The notes beneath the pieces are model-generated. The model worked only from the letters and a program-made list of their open reading frames with translations. It was not told where the DNA came from and ran no database searches. Position numbers and translations under genes: made by a program. Source: Bacteroidota bacterium (GTDB taxonomy: Bacteria > Bacteroidota > Ignavibacteria > UBA10030). Taken from it: DNA of 59,955 bases. Location: contig JACVXU010000013.1 in the NCBI GenBank assembly GCA_015661185.1, positions 1 through 59,955 of the forward strand, in the 5' to 3' direction. Positions 1 through 10,071 of the stretch are shown piece by piece (position 1 is the first letter of the stretch; every line of letters begins with the position of its first letter).

Positions 1-99
1 GCCTTCACCAGCCAAAGATAATGAAATACTCCTCCGAGTGCCACAATGTAGACCAGCCGGTGGAGCTGCTGCCATCGTCTCCCTCCCATCCATTTCACA
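1..99 (-). pseudogene. msrQ: MsrQ (YedZ) heme membrane subunit, C-terminal part only, runs off the window edge
   Basis: The +1 frame relative to the msrP remnant reads VKWMGGRRWQQLHRLVYIVALGGVFHYLWLVK, matching the MsrQ WxxLHRLVY...HYxWLVK signature. No MsrQ N-terminus is present upstream. Confidence 0.75.
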
Positions 100-375
100 T
101 CGCAAACCCTCGACGTAAGGCCATTGGAGAAAACTCTGGTTCTGACCAGGCATTTGCTCGGGCCGATAGACCGTTTCAAATTCATCGGAATCATACGGCC
201 CTTTCTGCCCTCGGGGCCATCGGTCCTCGCTTCTCGCTGGATCGGGGAACGCCAATGTTGACGCCAGCCCAAGGCCGGCCACGGATGCGGCACGGATGAA
301 GTCGCGACGATTGAGGTAGAGATGTTCAGGTGTGATTTCTGAAGTCTTGAGATCCCCGGTTCGATTGATCAGCAT
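100..375 (-). pseudogene. msrP: MsrP (YedY) methionine-sulfoxide reductase catalytic subunit remnant with internal deletion
   Basis: ATG at 375 reads MLINRTGDLKTSEITPEHLYLNRRDFIRAA (MsrP N-terminus with Tat RR). It then joins PYDSDE directly to FETVYRPEQMPGQNQSFLQWPYVEGLR, the mid-protein MsrP motif. The intervening Moco-ligating RCVEAWS region and the C-terminus are absent. Confidence 0.8.
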
Positions 376-479
376 GCATCACCCTTCCAGTGTGGACGAC
401 ACAAGGATAGAACACACCGGGGAATGACTTCGTTCCTCGCCTGGATGCGGTCACATGAGCGCGGACGAAGCTGTGTGGT

Positions 480-2090
480 TCACCCTCTATTCTGATGCCA
501 CCAGCGGTCGACGACGTCCGGGATTTCCGTCTTCACCTCGCTCTGCTTCCACTTATCGAAGAATTTGATGTCAGCACTGCTCGGCTCCGGATCGGGAAAG
601 TCGATTTGGACGCGGAGCGGCATGGGGATAGCCTCTCCGACGATGAGAGCCTCCCCCTGTCGCAACGAGGGGAGCGTGTCGATGAGTCCGGAGAACGTAT
701 CAGACATCAGCTTGCCCACATAGCCTTGATCGACGGGGTTTGTCAAGCGGAGAATGACGAAGTTGTTGCATTGTGAGAGAATTGTTTCAGAGACCTCCGA
801 CGGCCGCTGGCTCACGATCATACAACTTACGCCGTACTTACGACCTTCCTTCGCAATGCGCTCAACCGTACGCCGCGCTGCCCCCCCCGTGGCTCCGCCG
901 CTGGGGAGATAGTTGTGAGCCTCTTCGAAGACGAGGAGAATGGGAAAGTCGCGTCGTCTGGCGTTCCAGAAATTGAAATCGAAGGCGAGGCGGGCGATCA
1001 ACGACACGATGGTGTTCACAATATCGAACGGAACGCCGCTCAAGTCCATGATCGTCACGCGGGATTCTTGCGTTCGTCCAAAGATCCTGTTCAACAAATC
1101 TGCGAACGAGGAAGACTGTACGTATTGTTTGGGCTTGAACATAAACGCGTATCTCGGATCGTTCAAACGGCTGTCTAGCCGGACAAGGAATCTGGTGAAC
1201 TTTCCATAGAACGGACCTTCCTTTGAGATGGAGCCGCTCGACCCGGTGATTCTCTCCGTGTCGTAGTATTGGAGCTTGGCCCGCACTTCTGCAAGGTCGA
1301 AATACAATGGCGTGTCAACTGTAAGGATATCCGCCAACCCGGGGTTCTTTCCTTTTTTCGATGCGACAATGAGGTCCTTGAAGACAGTGAGTTGGATGGC
1401 CGAGTTCTCGTCGCGTTCGTCAATAAATGTTTCCTGGAGCTCCGCGAGGTTCATCAGCCAGAACGGAAGCTCGAGCTCAGCGATATCGAGATGCTGGCTC
1501 GTCTCCGGGAAGGCGTTACTGTACTCATTGTGGATATCGAGGATGATGATGTTGGTGTCCGGATACACCGCCACCTTCTGCAAGATGGAAGAAACTGTAC
1601 ACGATTTGCCGGAACCGCTGGAACCGAGAACTGCCAGGTGCTTTCCGAAAAACTTGTTTGGATCCAGGTATGAGCGCTCACGTTCGAAGAGAGAGAGTTG
1701 TCCAATCGAGAATCCATACTTCCGGAACACGGAGAATACAGCGGTCAGGTCGGCATCTTCTGCAATGAAGACCGGAGAATCAACCGGCGGGATGACCGAG
1801 ACGCCACGTTCGTATCGACCGGATTTGACGGTCCCCACAAGGCTGAGGTCCATGACGCACCGCTGACTCAGTTTGCCGTTCTCAGAGAGATCGATCTTCT
1901 TGAATTCCGATACCATAGCAACGACGATGACCTTTGCCACTGGAATCAGGACATAGCTGCCGACCTGTCCAACATAGTAGATCTTGCCATTGAGTTCCCT
2001 GGCAAGGTTCTTGATGTCGGCATCGACGACGGCTATCAGAGTACCGCTCGTAACTCCCGTGACAACGCCGACTCGTTTTTGTTCTGTCAT
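480..2090 (-). CDS. HerA/FtsK-like ATPase (HAS barrel + DUF87 helicase-like domain)
   Basis: 536 aa; N-terminal beta-barrel (GQVGSYV, FERGV-like YERGVS); Walker A HLAVLGSSGSGKS; Walker B LLVFEEAHNY; RIAKEGRKYG arginine finger; SQRPSE motif. Confidence 0.85.
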   Translation of the reverse strand: MTEQKRVGVVTGVTSGTLIAVVDADIKNLARELNGKIYYVGQVGSYVLIPVAKVIVVAMVSEFKKIDLSENGKLSQRCVMDLSLVGTVKSGRYERGVSVIPPVDSPVFIAEDADLTAVFSVFRKYGFSIGQLSLFERERSYLDPNKFFGKHLAVLGSSGSGKSCTVSSILQKVAVYPDTNIIILDIHNEYSNAFPETSQHLDIAELELPFWLMNLAELQETFIDERDENSAIQLTVFKDLIVASKKGKNPGLADILTVDTPLYFDLAEVRAKLQYYDTERITGSSGSISKEGPFYGKFTRFLVRLDSRLNDPRYAFMFKPKQYVQSSSFADLLNRIFGRTQESRVTIMDLSGVPFDIVNTIVSLIARLAFDFNFWNARRRDFPILLVFEEAHNYLPSGGATGGAARRTVERIAKEGRKYGVSCMIVSQRPSEVSETILSQCNNFVILRLTNPVDQGYVGKLMSDTFSGLIDTLPSLRQGEALIVGEAIPMPLRVQIDFPDPEPSSADIKFFDKWKQSEVKTEIPDVVDRWWHQNRG

Positions 2091-2112
2091 AAGGATCCTC
2101 GTCTGGAAATCA

Positions 2113-3357
2113 CTAATGATCGGCTATGTTCAGCCGCTTGATAACAACGATCGTCTTATCGTCCCCTTCGTCGGACGCTGATGAGTACTGCAGCACATCG
2201 TCCAGCAAGCGTCGGCAGATCTCTTTGGCGGTGAGGTGCGCCGTGTCTTTAATACTTCGCTCCAACCGATCATCACCATACATTGCTCCTCCTCCGACGG
2301 CTTCGACCACACCATCGGTATACAAAACGACGACATCACCCTTGTTCAGATGGGTGTTGTCCACCTTGTAGACCCCATCGGGAAACGGTCCCATAATCTG
2401 CCCCGTTGCCTCCAGGAGGTCGATGCGCTTCTCAATCGCCCGGTACACCATCGGACTATTGTGTCCCGCATTCGAGTAGAGAAGCAGTCCTTTGGGGTCA
2501 TTCGAGAGCTCAGCGTAAAACATCGTAACGAATTGTTCCTCGGCAAATGTCTTGTTTACCAGTTTGTTAAGACGAGACATCAGCGCACTGATTTTCGTGT
2601 GATAGCTGATGCCCATTCTGAGTGCACCGGAAACGTAGAGTGCCTGCGCAGCAGCTCTGAATCCCTTGCTCGCCGCATCGCCGATCACGACGCTGAGCCT
2701 ATCATCCTCCTCATTGGGTAGAAGGTAATCAAAAAAGTCACCTCCCACGACCCGATCGGGAATCGAGACACCGTAAAGTTCATAGTGGTGAAAGTTCAGT
2801 GCGTGTTGCGGAAGGATACTCTGCTGAATCTCACGAGCCTTGTCAAGGTCCTTTTCGAGCAGGTACGCCTTGCGTTCCACCTTTTTCCCGCGAAGGAGGG
2901 CAGTCACGGCAAGGCTGATGATGTTAAGATCGGCCAGGAGCGACTCTTCGAGCTTTTCCGAGTTGAACGCGAGGATATACTGAGGCACCTTTCCTTTCTT
3001 CGGATCGATCTTTTCGCCAACCGCTGTCGCAGCATACTTGACAATCCCCTTTTTCCTGAGATATCGATCCGTTTCGTTCGCGATCACCGACCGATGATCT
3101 GCAAGCTGATAGAAAATGGGGTAGTTCGCGAGCCCGATCTTGTAACCCGGCTCAAGTCGTTCGATCACACCGATTTGATGGATGAGACGGTAGGAACCTG
3201 TGGCGGGCTCGTATTGCCAGATCCGCCCCCCTTTGATATTGATCATCTCATCCTTGACGATTTCGTTCAAAACGTGCTTGAGCAACTCCTTGTCCGTCTT
3301 GAAATCGTGATGTGCGAAACTTTCAATTGTTCGGTACAGCCGACGCTGGTTCATCAT
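2113..3357 (-). CDS. SpoIIE/RsbU-type PP2C phosphatase with N-terminal GAF-like domain
   Basis: AREIQQSILP, VGGDFFD, IGDAASKG, NAGH, LYTDGVVEA, DDKTIVV motifs. Start placed at the ATG-ATG pair 3357/3354 rather than the TTG at 3471. Confidence 0.85.
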   Translation of the reverse strand: MMNQRRLYRTIESFAHHDFKTDKELLKHVLNEIVKDEMINIKGGRIWQYEPATGSYRLIHQIGVIERLEPGYKIGLANYPIFYQLADHRSVIANETDRYLRKKGIVKYAATAVGEKIDPKKGKVPQYILAFNSEKLEESLLADLNIISLAVTALLRGKKVERKAYLLEKDLDKAREIQQSILPQHALNFHHYELYGVSIPDRVVGGDFFDYLLPNEEDDRLSVVIGDAASKGFRAAAQALYVSGALRMGISYHTKISALMSRLNKLVNKTFAEEQFVTMFYAELSNDPKGLLLYSNAGHNSPMVYRAIEKRIDLLEATGQIMGPFPDGVYKVDNTHLNKGDVVVLYTDGVVEAVGGGAMYGDDRLERSIKDTAHLTAKEICRRLLDDVLQYSSASDEGDDKTIVVIKRLNIADH

Positions 3358-3520
3358 AACGAGGTAGAAACCTTTTCTTGTATCGCTGTGGGGAATTTGG
3401 CCTGAACTATGAACCGCTGACCTGGCGACGAAGCCACAGATTGGGTCTTCCGCTGAAGGTCCGACAGCCAATGCCGTGCAGGCAGGGCTCTTTCACCAAT
3501 CCGTAAACACTTGGTGGGTA

Positions 3521-3549
3521 ATTTTACCTCATTTCCTGGTGAAAATCAA
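3521..3549 (-). promoter_or_regulatory. sigma70-type promoter for the PP2C-HerA unit
   Basis: TTGATT (3549-3544), 17 bp, TAAAAT (3526-3521) on the minus strand. Confidence 0.5.
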
Positions 3550-3591
3550 ATTTGTCACCCGGCCTAACGGCTGGACGCCGAACCGTGTTGT

Positions 3592-4716
3592 TCAGTCGAG
3601 CTTCTTTCGGAATCGCAGCGCGCTGGCCACGAGGATTGCAAGACCCATCGTAAGCAACATCACTGCCTGCGGCCAGAGCATGTCGATCCCCACGCCCTTG
3701 AGAATGATCGAGCGGATGATGACGAGATAGTATCGCATGGGAATGCACAGCGAGAGATATTGCAGGGGCATCGGCATGTTTTCAATTGGAAACACGAAGC
3801 CAGAAATATACATCATGGGCATCATGACAAAAAATATTGCGGTCATCATGGCTTGTTGCTGGGTCTTCGAAATCGTCGAGACAAATAGACCGATCCCCAG
3901 CGATGTCATCAGAAAAATGCCAGTGAGAACGAAGAGCAGGAGAACACTTCCTTTGATCGGGATACCGAAGCCGAAGACCATCACGGTGAGGACGACACAA
4001 ACGTTCGTCATACCGACGATGATGAATGGAAAGAGCTTCCCAAGGATCAACTCAAACGATCTGATCGGCGTCACCATAAGCTGCTCGAGCGTACCAATCT
4101 CCTTCTCTTTCACGATTGCCATCGCCGTCAGATTCGTCGTGGTAATGAGCAGGATGAGCACCAGCACCCCGGGAACCATGAAATTCCTGCTCTTCAATGA
4201 CGGATTGTACCATGCCCTCACCTCCGGATCGACCCGGCCAGCAGGCGCCCTCCCACCCAGCACTTCTGTGAGGATTCGAGTCGATGCCCCGATGATGATC
4301 TGGTTGATATATCCCATACTGATTGCCGCAGTGTTGCCTTCACTCCCATCCAGAATCACCTGGATTTTGGCAGGCTCTCTTCTCAACACCTTGTCGCCGA
4401 ATCGATGGGGTATCACGAGCGCCATCGTCACCTTGTTGTTGTCGATGTACTGCTGGATTGTGCTGTATTCCTCCGTTGCGTATTCCAGAGTGAAATACCC
4501 GGAGTTCGTGAACTTCTGGATCATCGAGCGGCTCTCGGCGGACTTGTCCAGATCACAGACAACCATCGAGATGTTCTTCACATCCAGTGATGCCGCGAAA
4601 CCAAGCAATGTCAACTGAAGAACCGGTGCGACAAAAATAATCGGTAGCAGCCGCCGGTCTTTGAACAACTGGCCGAATTCCTTCTTCAGGAGCGCTATGA
4701 TGCGTTGGAGACTCAC
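3592..4716 (-). CDS. ABC-2 type transporter permease (YbhR-like)
   Basis: KKEFGQLFKD N-terminus, WYNPSL, EKEIGTLEQLMVTP, SGFVFPIENMP; multiple TM helices. Confidence 0.9.
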   Translation of the reverse strand: MSLQRIIALLKKEFGQLFKDRRLLPIIFVAPVLQLTLLGFAASLDVKNISMVVCDLDKSAESRSMIQKFTNSGYFTLEYATEEYSTIQQYIDNNKVTMALVIPHRFGDKVLRREPAKIQVILDGSEGNTAAISMGYINQIIIGASTRILTEVLGGRAPAGRVDPEVRAWYNPSLKSRNFMVPGVLVLILLITTTNLTAMAIVKEKEIGTLEQLMVTPIRSFELILGKLFPFIIVGMTNVCVVLTVMVFGFGIPIKGSVLLLFVLTGIFLMTSLGIGLFVSTISKTQQQAMMTAIFFVMMPMMYISGFVFPIENMPMPLQYLSLCIPMRYYLVIIRSIILKGVGIDMLWPQAVMLLTMGLAILVASALRFRKKLD

Positions 4717-4720
4717 GCCT

Positions 4721-5848
4721 CTATCCTATCGTCCGTTTAAATCGCAGCGTGCTGATGGTCAAAAGAACTGTTGCGAACAGAGCGAGGTACACGGCCTGTT
4801 CCCAGAACGCGGCAAGCCCGACTCCCTTGAGCAGAATGCTCCTGAGAATGACGAGGTAAAACTTTGCGGGTGTAACATTTGAAAGGATCTGCAGCCACCA
4901 GGGCATGCTGCGAATTGGGAACACAAATCCGGAAAGGAGGATCGTGGGAAGGATCGAAACGACAGCCGCGATCTGGAAGGCGACCTGCTGACTGTCTGAG
5001 ATGGTCGATACCAAGAGCCCGATGCTGAGCGCGGCGACGATGAAGAGAAGTGTCGCCCCGAAGAGAAGGAGCACGCTCCCCTTGATCACCACACCGAACA
5101 ACAGATAGGCAGCGAGAAGGACGAGAGCAGCGGCAACGAGGGAAATCGCTGCGTACGGGATCAGCTTCCCGATGATGAAATCGAAGGAGTGCACCGGCGA
5201 CACATTGATCTGTTCGATTGTGTTGCGCTCTTTTTCGCGGACAATCGAGAGCGACGTTGCGATGACGGCTGTGATCGCCAGGATAAAAGCGATGAGTCCC
5301 GGTACCAAGAACTTCGCACTTTTCAGTTCAGGGTTATACCAGATGCGTCCCTCATAGCTGATGGGGATATAGTTGGCACGGCCGATTTTTGCCAGGTTGG
5401 TCAGGACAATCTTCTGTGAATATTGAAGTGTGACCACCTGAGCAAAGCCGACAATAGTCGTCGCCGAGTTAGCGTCCATTCCATCGACCAGGATTTGAAT
5501 TGAGACGGCCTCGTTCGCAAGAAGGCGATCGGAAAATCCCGATGGAACAACCAGCACCATACGCACGTGACCATCATCGAGCATATGCGTGGCTTCTTCG
5601 GATGTCGCCAGGTCCTGTTTATAGTCGAAGTACCCTGAGTTCACAAACGCATTGATGAAATCGCGCGATCGTGCGGTTTTGTCCTGATTCACGACTGCGG
5701 TCTTGATATGATTGACGTCGAAGTTCAACGCGTAGCCGTTCAGCAGCAAGAGCGCGGCCGGGACGAGCGTCAGCACGGCGAGAACACGCTTGTCGCGCCG
5801 GATGTGCCTGAATTCCTTCTTGATAATCGGGAGTAACCGGTCAATCAT
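4721..5848 (-). CDS. ABC-2 type transporter permease (YbhS-like)
   Basis: KKEFRHIRRD, WYNPEL, REKERNTIEQ, LSGFVFPIRSMP; paralog of the downstream permease. Confidence 0.9.
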   Translation of the reverse strand: MIDRLLPIIKKEFRHIRRDKRVLAVLTLVPAALLLLNGYALNFDVNHIKTAVVNQDKTARSRDFINAFVNSGYFDYKQDLATSEEATHMLDDGHVRMVLVVPSGFSDRLLANEAVSIQILVDGMDANSATTIVGFAQVVTLQYSQKIVLTNLAKIGRANYIPISYEGRIWYNPELKSAKFLVPGLIAFILAITAVIATSLSIVREKERNTIEQINVSPVHSFDFIIGKLIPYAAISLVAAALVLLAAYLLFGVVIKGSVLLLFGATLLFIVAALSIGLLVSTISDSQQVAFQIAAVVSILPTILLSGFVFPIRSMPWWLQILSNVTPAKFYLVILRSILLKGVGLAAFWEQAVYLALFATVLLTISTLRFKRTIG

Positions 5849-5859
5849 GCTTCAATTCC

Positions 5860-6801
5860 TCAGGCGGCTCGTTTCGCTTCTTGATCCAGCAGAAAGATGA
5901 AGACGTCTTCCAGGGAGGGGGTTATTCGCTCGATGTTGTCCACTTGGATGTCCCGTTGATTCAGAATGCGTCGGATGTCTCTGCGCGCTTTTTTTTCGTC
6001 GGAGACACTGACATGCATATATGTCCCGAATACCGAGGTCTCGATAACCCACGCTTGCTCCTCAAGGAGTGCAAGGGCATCAATCACATTTGAGCACTGG
6101 ACTTCCAGAATCGGCGTCTTGATGTGCTCTTCCTTAAGCTGCTTCGGGCTCCCTCCCGCGATGATCTTTCCGGCATTGATCAGGATGATATCGTTGCAGT
6201 ATTCCGCCTCTTCGAGATAGTGGGTCGTCACAAGTACCGTGATTCCATCCGCAGAAAGATCGTTGATCAACTCCCAAAACCTACGCCTCATCAACGGATC
6301 GACGCCGCTTGTCGGTTCATCCAGAAACACGATTCGCGGCCTGTGCAAGACTGCACAACCCAGCGCCAGGCGCTGTTTCCATCCCCCGGAGAGTGTGCCC
6401 GTGATGCTCTTCTGGCGCCCCTTCAGGTTCGCCATCTCCAAAACCCACCGCTTTCGTTCTGCCAGCTCGCCGTTGCTCAATCCATACACTTTTCCGTAGA
6501 AATTGATGTTTTCATCGACCGTCAGATCTTCGTAGAGAGAGAACTTCTGCGACATATAGCCGATGGTTTCTTTCACTTTTTCAGGCTGGCTGTTGATATC
6601 AAAGCCCCCCACACGAGCCGTCCCCTGAGTGGACTGCAACAACCCGCAGAGCATGCGGATGGTCGTTGACTTTCCCGCGCCGTTGGCCCCCAAAAACCCG
6701 AAGATCTCCCCTTGCCTGACTCCAAAGTTAATGTGGTCAACGGCGCAGAATTCGCCAAAGAACTTCGTGAGATTTTCGACTTCGATTGCATTTACAGCCA
6801 T
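5860..6801 (-). CDS. ABC transporter ATP-binding protein
   Basis: Walker A GANGAGKST, signature LSGGWKQR, Walker B VFLDEPT, H-loop TTHY. Confidence 0.95.
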   Translation of the reverse strand: MAVNAIEVENLTKFFGEFCAVDHINFGVRQGEIFGFLGANGAGKSTTIRMLCGLLQSTQGTARVGGFDINSQPEKVKETIGYMSQKFSLYEDLTVDENINFYGKVYGLSNGELAERKRWVLEMANLKGRQKSITGTLSGGWKQRLALGCAVLHRPRIVFLDEPTSGVDPLMRRRFWELINDLSADGITVLVTTHYLEEAEYCNDIILINAGKIIAGGSPKQLKEEHIKTPILEVQCSNVIDALALLEEQAWVIETSVFGTYMHVSVSDEKKARRDIRRILNQRDIQVDNIERITPSLEDVFIFLLDQEAKRAA

Positions 6802-6831
6802 GAGGCACCATCCATGCAGGTTCGTCCTGTA

Positions 6832-8145
6832 TTACTGCAATTCGCCGATCGCCTTATCGAGGCGGGCTTGCGCAAGTTCGTGATCGACAAGCGACTGTGT
6901 GAACTGCAACTTCGATTGCAGCAACGCCACTTCTGCGTCGAGGAGCTCGGAGCTTGTCGTGAGACCAGACTTGAACTTCTCTGCCGTGATCCGGTAGCTC
7001 TCATTCGCTTGCTCGACACTCAGCTCCGCCAGATGAATCCGTTCTTTTGCCTGCTGGTAGTTGAGGTAGCTCTGCATCACTTCCAGAGTGATTCCATCTC
7101 TGAGCGTTGCGAGGGCATCCTTGGTTTGCTCATACTGTGCCTTCGCCTGATTCGTCTGATGCATGACCGTCAGATTGTTCCATAGATCGAACTGCAACGA
7201 GATTCCAAAGTCCCATGTATCCTTAAACTCATCTTTCGATGGAAGGATCCTCTGGTTGGGTCGGGAATAGTAGTAGTTTCCGGTCAGGAAAATCTGCGGG
7301 AACCATCCGCCAGTAGCCGCCACAATCCCGGCGTCCGCCGCCTTGACTCGGGACTCGAGTGCAAGGACCTCAGGGCGCTGTTGAAAAGCGGATTTGAGGA
7401 TCGTCTCCAGCTCAGGGAAATCCTTCGTCGACGAGGTCGGGGGAGAAGCGATCCCGACCTTGGTATCGAGTGCGATACCAATAGTCGAATTGAAGACAAT
7501 GGCAGCGACACGAACATTGTTAGCAGCGTCACTCTGGAGAATTCTGGAATTCGACAACTGGACCTTCACCTTCAGGACATCATTCTTTGTCGCGAGCCCC
7601 TGGTTCAAGAAGTTCTCAATGTCCTGCAGATGTGCAGTGACCTGCGTGAGGTTTTCATCCGCCAGCCGTTGGACTTCCTTTGCGCGAAACAAACCCCAGT
7701 ATGCCGACCTGATGTTGAACACAAGCTCGGCTCTGTCTTTTGCGACATCGCTCCTGGATGCCTCGGCCTGGTACGAAGCGTTATCGGCAGCCCCCTGAAG
7801 CTTCCAGCCCGTGAACAGCGGCTGCTGGAGAGAAGCGCGAGCCGTGTACGTATTCGGGATGTACGGGAAGATTGTCGGGACACCCGGAAAGGGAATTTTG
7901 AATTCAGGCACTTCGCTCAGGTGTTGATACGAAGCCAGCAGTTTCAACGAGGGAAACAGCATGGCGGATATCTCGCTCGCCTTAGCGCCAGCGTATTCTG
8001 ACTTCATTTTTGAGGCGTGAAGAACTCTGCTGTTTTCAAGGCCGATGTTCACGCTTTCCCCAACCGTAAGCATCCTCGGCTGTGCGACGGAAGCCGCCCG
8101 CCCGAAGATAGACATCACTACACAGACGATAATGTACTTTTTCAT
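6832..8145 (-). CDS. TolC family outer membrane efflux protein
   Basis: Signal peptide; two OEP repeats (FPSL...LQQPLFTG; WFPQI...QFDLWN); C-terminal FKSGLTTSSELLDAE...LDKAIG. Confidence 0.9.
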   Translation of the reverse strand: MKKYIIVCVVMSIFGRAASVAQPRMLTVGESVNIGLENSRVLHASKMKSEYAGAKASEISAMLFPSLKLLASYQHLSEVPEFKIPFPGVPTIFPYIPNTYTARASLQQPLFTGWKLQGAADNASYQAEASRSDVAKDRAELVFNIRSAYWGLFRAKEVQRLADENLTQVTAHLQDIENFLNQGLATKNDVLKVKVQLSNSRILQSDAANNVRVAAIVFNSTIGIALDTKVGIASPPTSSTKDFPELETILKSAFQQRPEVLALESRVKAADAGIVAATGGWFPQIFLTGNYYYSRPNQRILPSKDEFKDTWDFGISLQFDLWNNLTVMHQTNQAKAQYEQTKDALATLRDGITLEVMQSYLNYQQAKERIHLAELSVEQANESYRITAEKFKSGLTTSSELLDAEVALLQSKLQFTQSLVDHELAQARLDKAIGELQ

Positions 8146-9089
8146 GACCGGTAGCCTTCCACAGTTTCTTGTGTTGCGAGCACCTCTGATAGAAGAGAGA
8201 TAAACACATTCTCCAACGATGGTCTGATGGTCCTTCTGTCCAGCACCTCGATTGAATTCTGTTTCAAGACATCAACAATCTTACGCATCCCCTTCTTTTC
8301 GTTTTCAACCACGATGTTCAGCCGGTCTCCAAATGCCTGCACTTCCCAAGCCACGGATTCGGATTTCAGCAACGCCGACGCTTTCCGAATGTCATTACAG
8401 ACCAGCTCGATCAAAGCCCCTTTCATACCCTCCTTCAGATTCTGCGGAGTATCGGCAACCAGAATCCGCCCTTTATTCATCATTGCAACGCGCGTGCAGC
8501 GTTCTGCCTCGTCCAAATAGGGTGTTGTCATCAGGATTGTGATTCCGGTTTTCAGCAGGCTCGACAGGATTTTCCAAAAATCACGCCTTGAAACCGGGTC
8601 GACACCGGCAGTCGGTTCATCCAGGAAAATGACTTCCGGCGTGTGGATCAACGTGCAGGCGAGAGCGAGTTTCTGCTTCATACCTCCCGAAAGGTTTTCG
8701 GCGAAACGAGACCGGAAAGGGGTCAAGCGGGTAAATTCCAGAAGCTCCTCGCGGCGCAGCCGGTAATCCCGGACCCGATGAATCTCCGCAAAAAACTCGA
8801 TATTCTCGTCGATCGTCAGGTCACCATACAGGCTGAATTTCTGCGATAGATAGCCGAGGCGGTTCTTCACTTCCGACGGCTGTTTCTGAACGTCAAATCC
8901 GCAAACAAGCAGCTCACCCTCGTCCGGAGGGACGATCCCGCAGAGCATTCGCATCGTCGTCGTCTTGCCGGCACCGTCTGGACCGACGAGCGCAAACATC
9001 TCGCCCTTCTTGACGCTCATGGACACAGAGTCAACGGCGCGGTGCTCCCCGAACAATTTGCTGACGGAGCGTAATTCAATGGTATTCAT
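8142..9089 (-). CDS. ABC transporter ATP-binding protein
   Basis: GPDGAGKTT, LSGGMKQK, FLDEPT, TTPYLDEAE (like the first NBD of YbhF). Confidence 0.95.
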   Translation of the reverse strand: MNTIELRSVSKLFGEHRAVDSVSMSVKKGEMFALVGPDGAGKTTTMRMLCGIVPPDEGELLVCGFDVQKQPSEVKNRLGYLSQKFSLYGDLTIDENIEFFAEIHRVRDYRLRREELLEFTRLTPFRSRFAENLSGGMKQKLALACTLIHTPEVIFLDEPTAGVDPVSRRDFWKILSSLLKTGITILMTTPYLDEAERCTRVAMMNKGRILVADTPQNLKEGMKGALIELVCNDIRKASALLKSESVAWEVQAFGDRLNIVVENEKKGMRKIVDVLKQNSIEVLDRRTIRPSLENVFISLLSEVLATQETVEGYRS

Positions 9090-9100
9090 ACTGATTCAGG

Positions 9101-10054
9101 TTATCGGATGGCCGCGTCGGCCGGCATGCCCGATTTCAGTGCGCCTTCCTTGTTCTCGACTTCGAGCTTGACACCAAAGACAAGTTTCGTACGGTCCTCT
9201 TTGGTCTGAACATTCTTCGGCGTGAATTCTGCGATCGGGGAAATGTAGATGACCTTGCCTGGGAACCCTTTCTGAGGGAACGCGTCGATGTACACATCAG
9301 CGGACCCCCCGAGCTTCACTTTCCCCAATTCTGTCTCGTTCACGTAGATCATCAAATTCATTTTGTCGAGACGTGTGATCGTTGCGACAACGGAGCCCGT
9401 GCCGATAAGCTCACCTTGCTCGAAAGGTTTGTGAGTGACAGTGCCGGATACCGGGGCAACGATGATGGCATCGCTCAGCTGTTTCATCAGGAGATCGGCG
9501 GTTGCCTTGGCCTGGCTCGCTCGAGCTTTTGCCGCAGCAAGGTCTTCCGGCCTCGCGAACTTTCGCACCTTTCCCAAGTTCTGTTCTGCAGAATTCGATT
9601 GAGCCTTCGCGATCGTATAACGAGATTCGGCGTCGTCGTATTGCTTTTTCGTCACGGTATTGGTGCTGAGAAGCTGCTTCATACGCGCATAGTCATCCTG
9701 TGCGCTCTTGTATGATGCCTCTGCCTGGTGGAGAGACTCCTCCGCAAGTCGCAGATCCTCTGAGCGGGCGCCGTTCAACAAAAGCCTGTACTGGGCATCG
9801 ACGACCTCAAAGCCCGCGTGTGCCTGCTTCCACTGGAGCTCGAGTGTTGATCGGTCCAGGATGACGAGCGTGTCCCCCGTTCGCACCTCGCTCCCCTCCT
9901 GGACACGTATGGCTTCAATCTGGCCTGGCACTTTGGCGCTCACCTTCACCTCGGTCGCTTCCAATGTGCCGCTCGCCTCGATCGCGCCTTTGTTGTTATT
10001 GCCGCACCCCCAGAGCAGAATGCTCAGAGGCAGGATAATCGCTTTCGTATTCAT
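9101..10054 (-). CDS. HlyD family periplasmic adaptor (YbhG-like) lipoprotein
   Basis: Lipobox LWGC; biotinyl-lipoyl half motifs (VSAKVPGQI, IVAPVSGTV); AEFTPKNVQT...GMP. Confidence 0.9.
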   Translation of the reverse strand: MNTKAIILPLSILLWGCGNNNKGAIEASGTLEATEVKVSAKVPGQIEAIRVQEGSEVRTGDTLVILDRSTLELQWKQAHAGFEVVDAQYRLLLNGARSEDLRLAEESLHQAEASYKSAQDDYARMKQLLSTNTVTKKQYDDAESRYTIAKAQSNSAEQNLGKVRKFARPEDLAAAKARASQAKATADLLMKQLSDAIIVAPVSGTVTHKPFEQGELIGTGSVVATITRLDKMNLMIYVNETELGKVKLGGSADVYIDAFPQKGFPGKVIYISPIAEFTPKNVQTKEDRTKLVFGVKLEVENKEGALKSGMPADAAIR

Positions 10055-10071
10055 GGCACCCTTCTTGTCAA

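Noticed and set aside
21..299. 92-aa plus-strand ORF
   Set aside because: Antisense shadow of the msrP/msrQ remnant; no recognisable motif.
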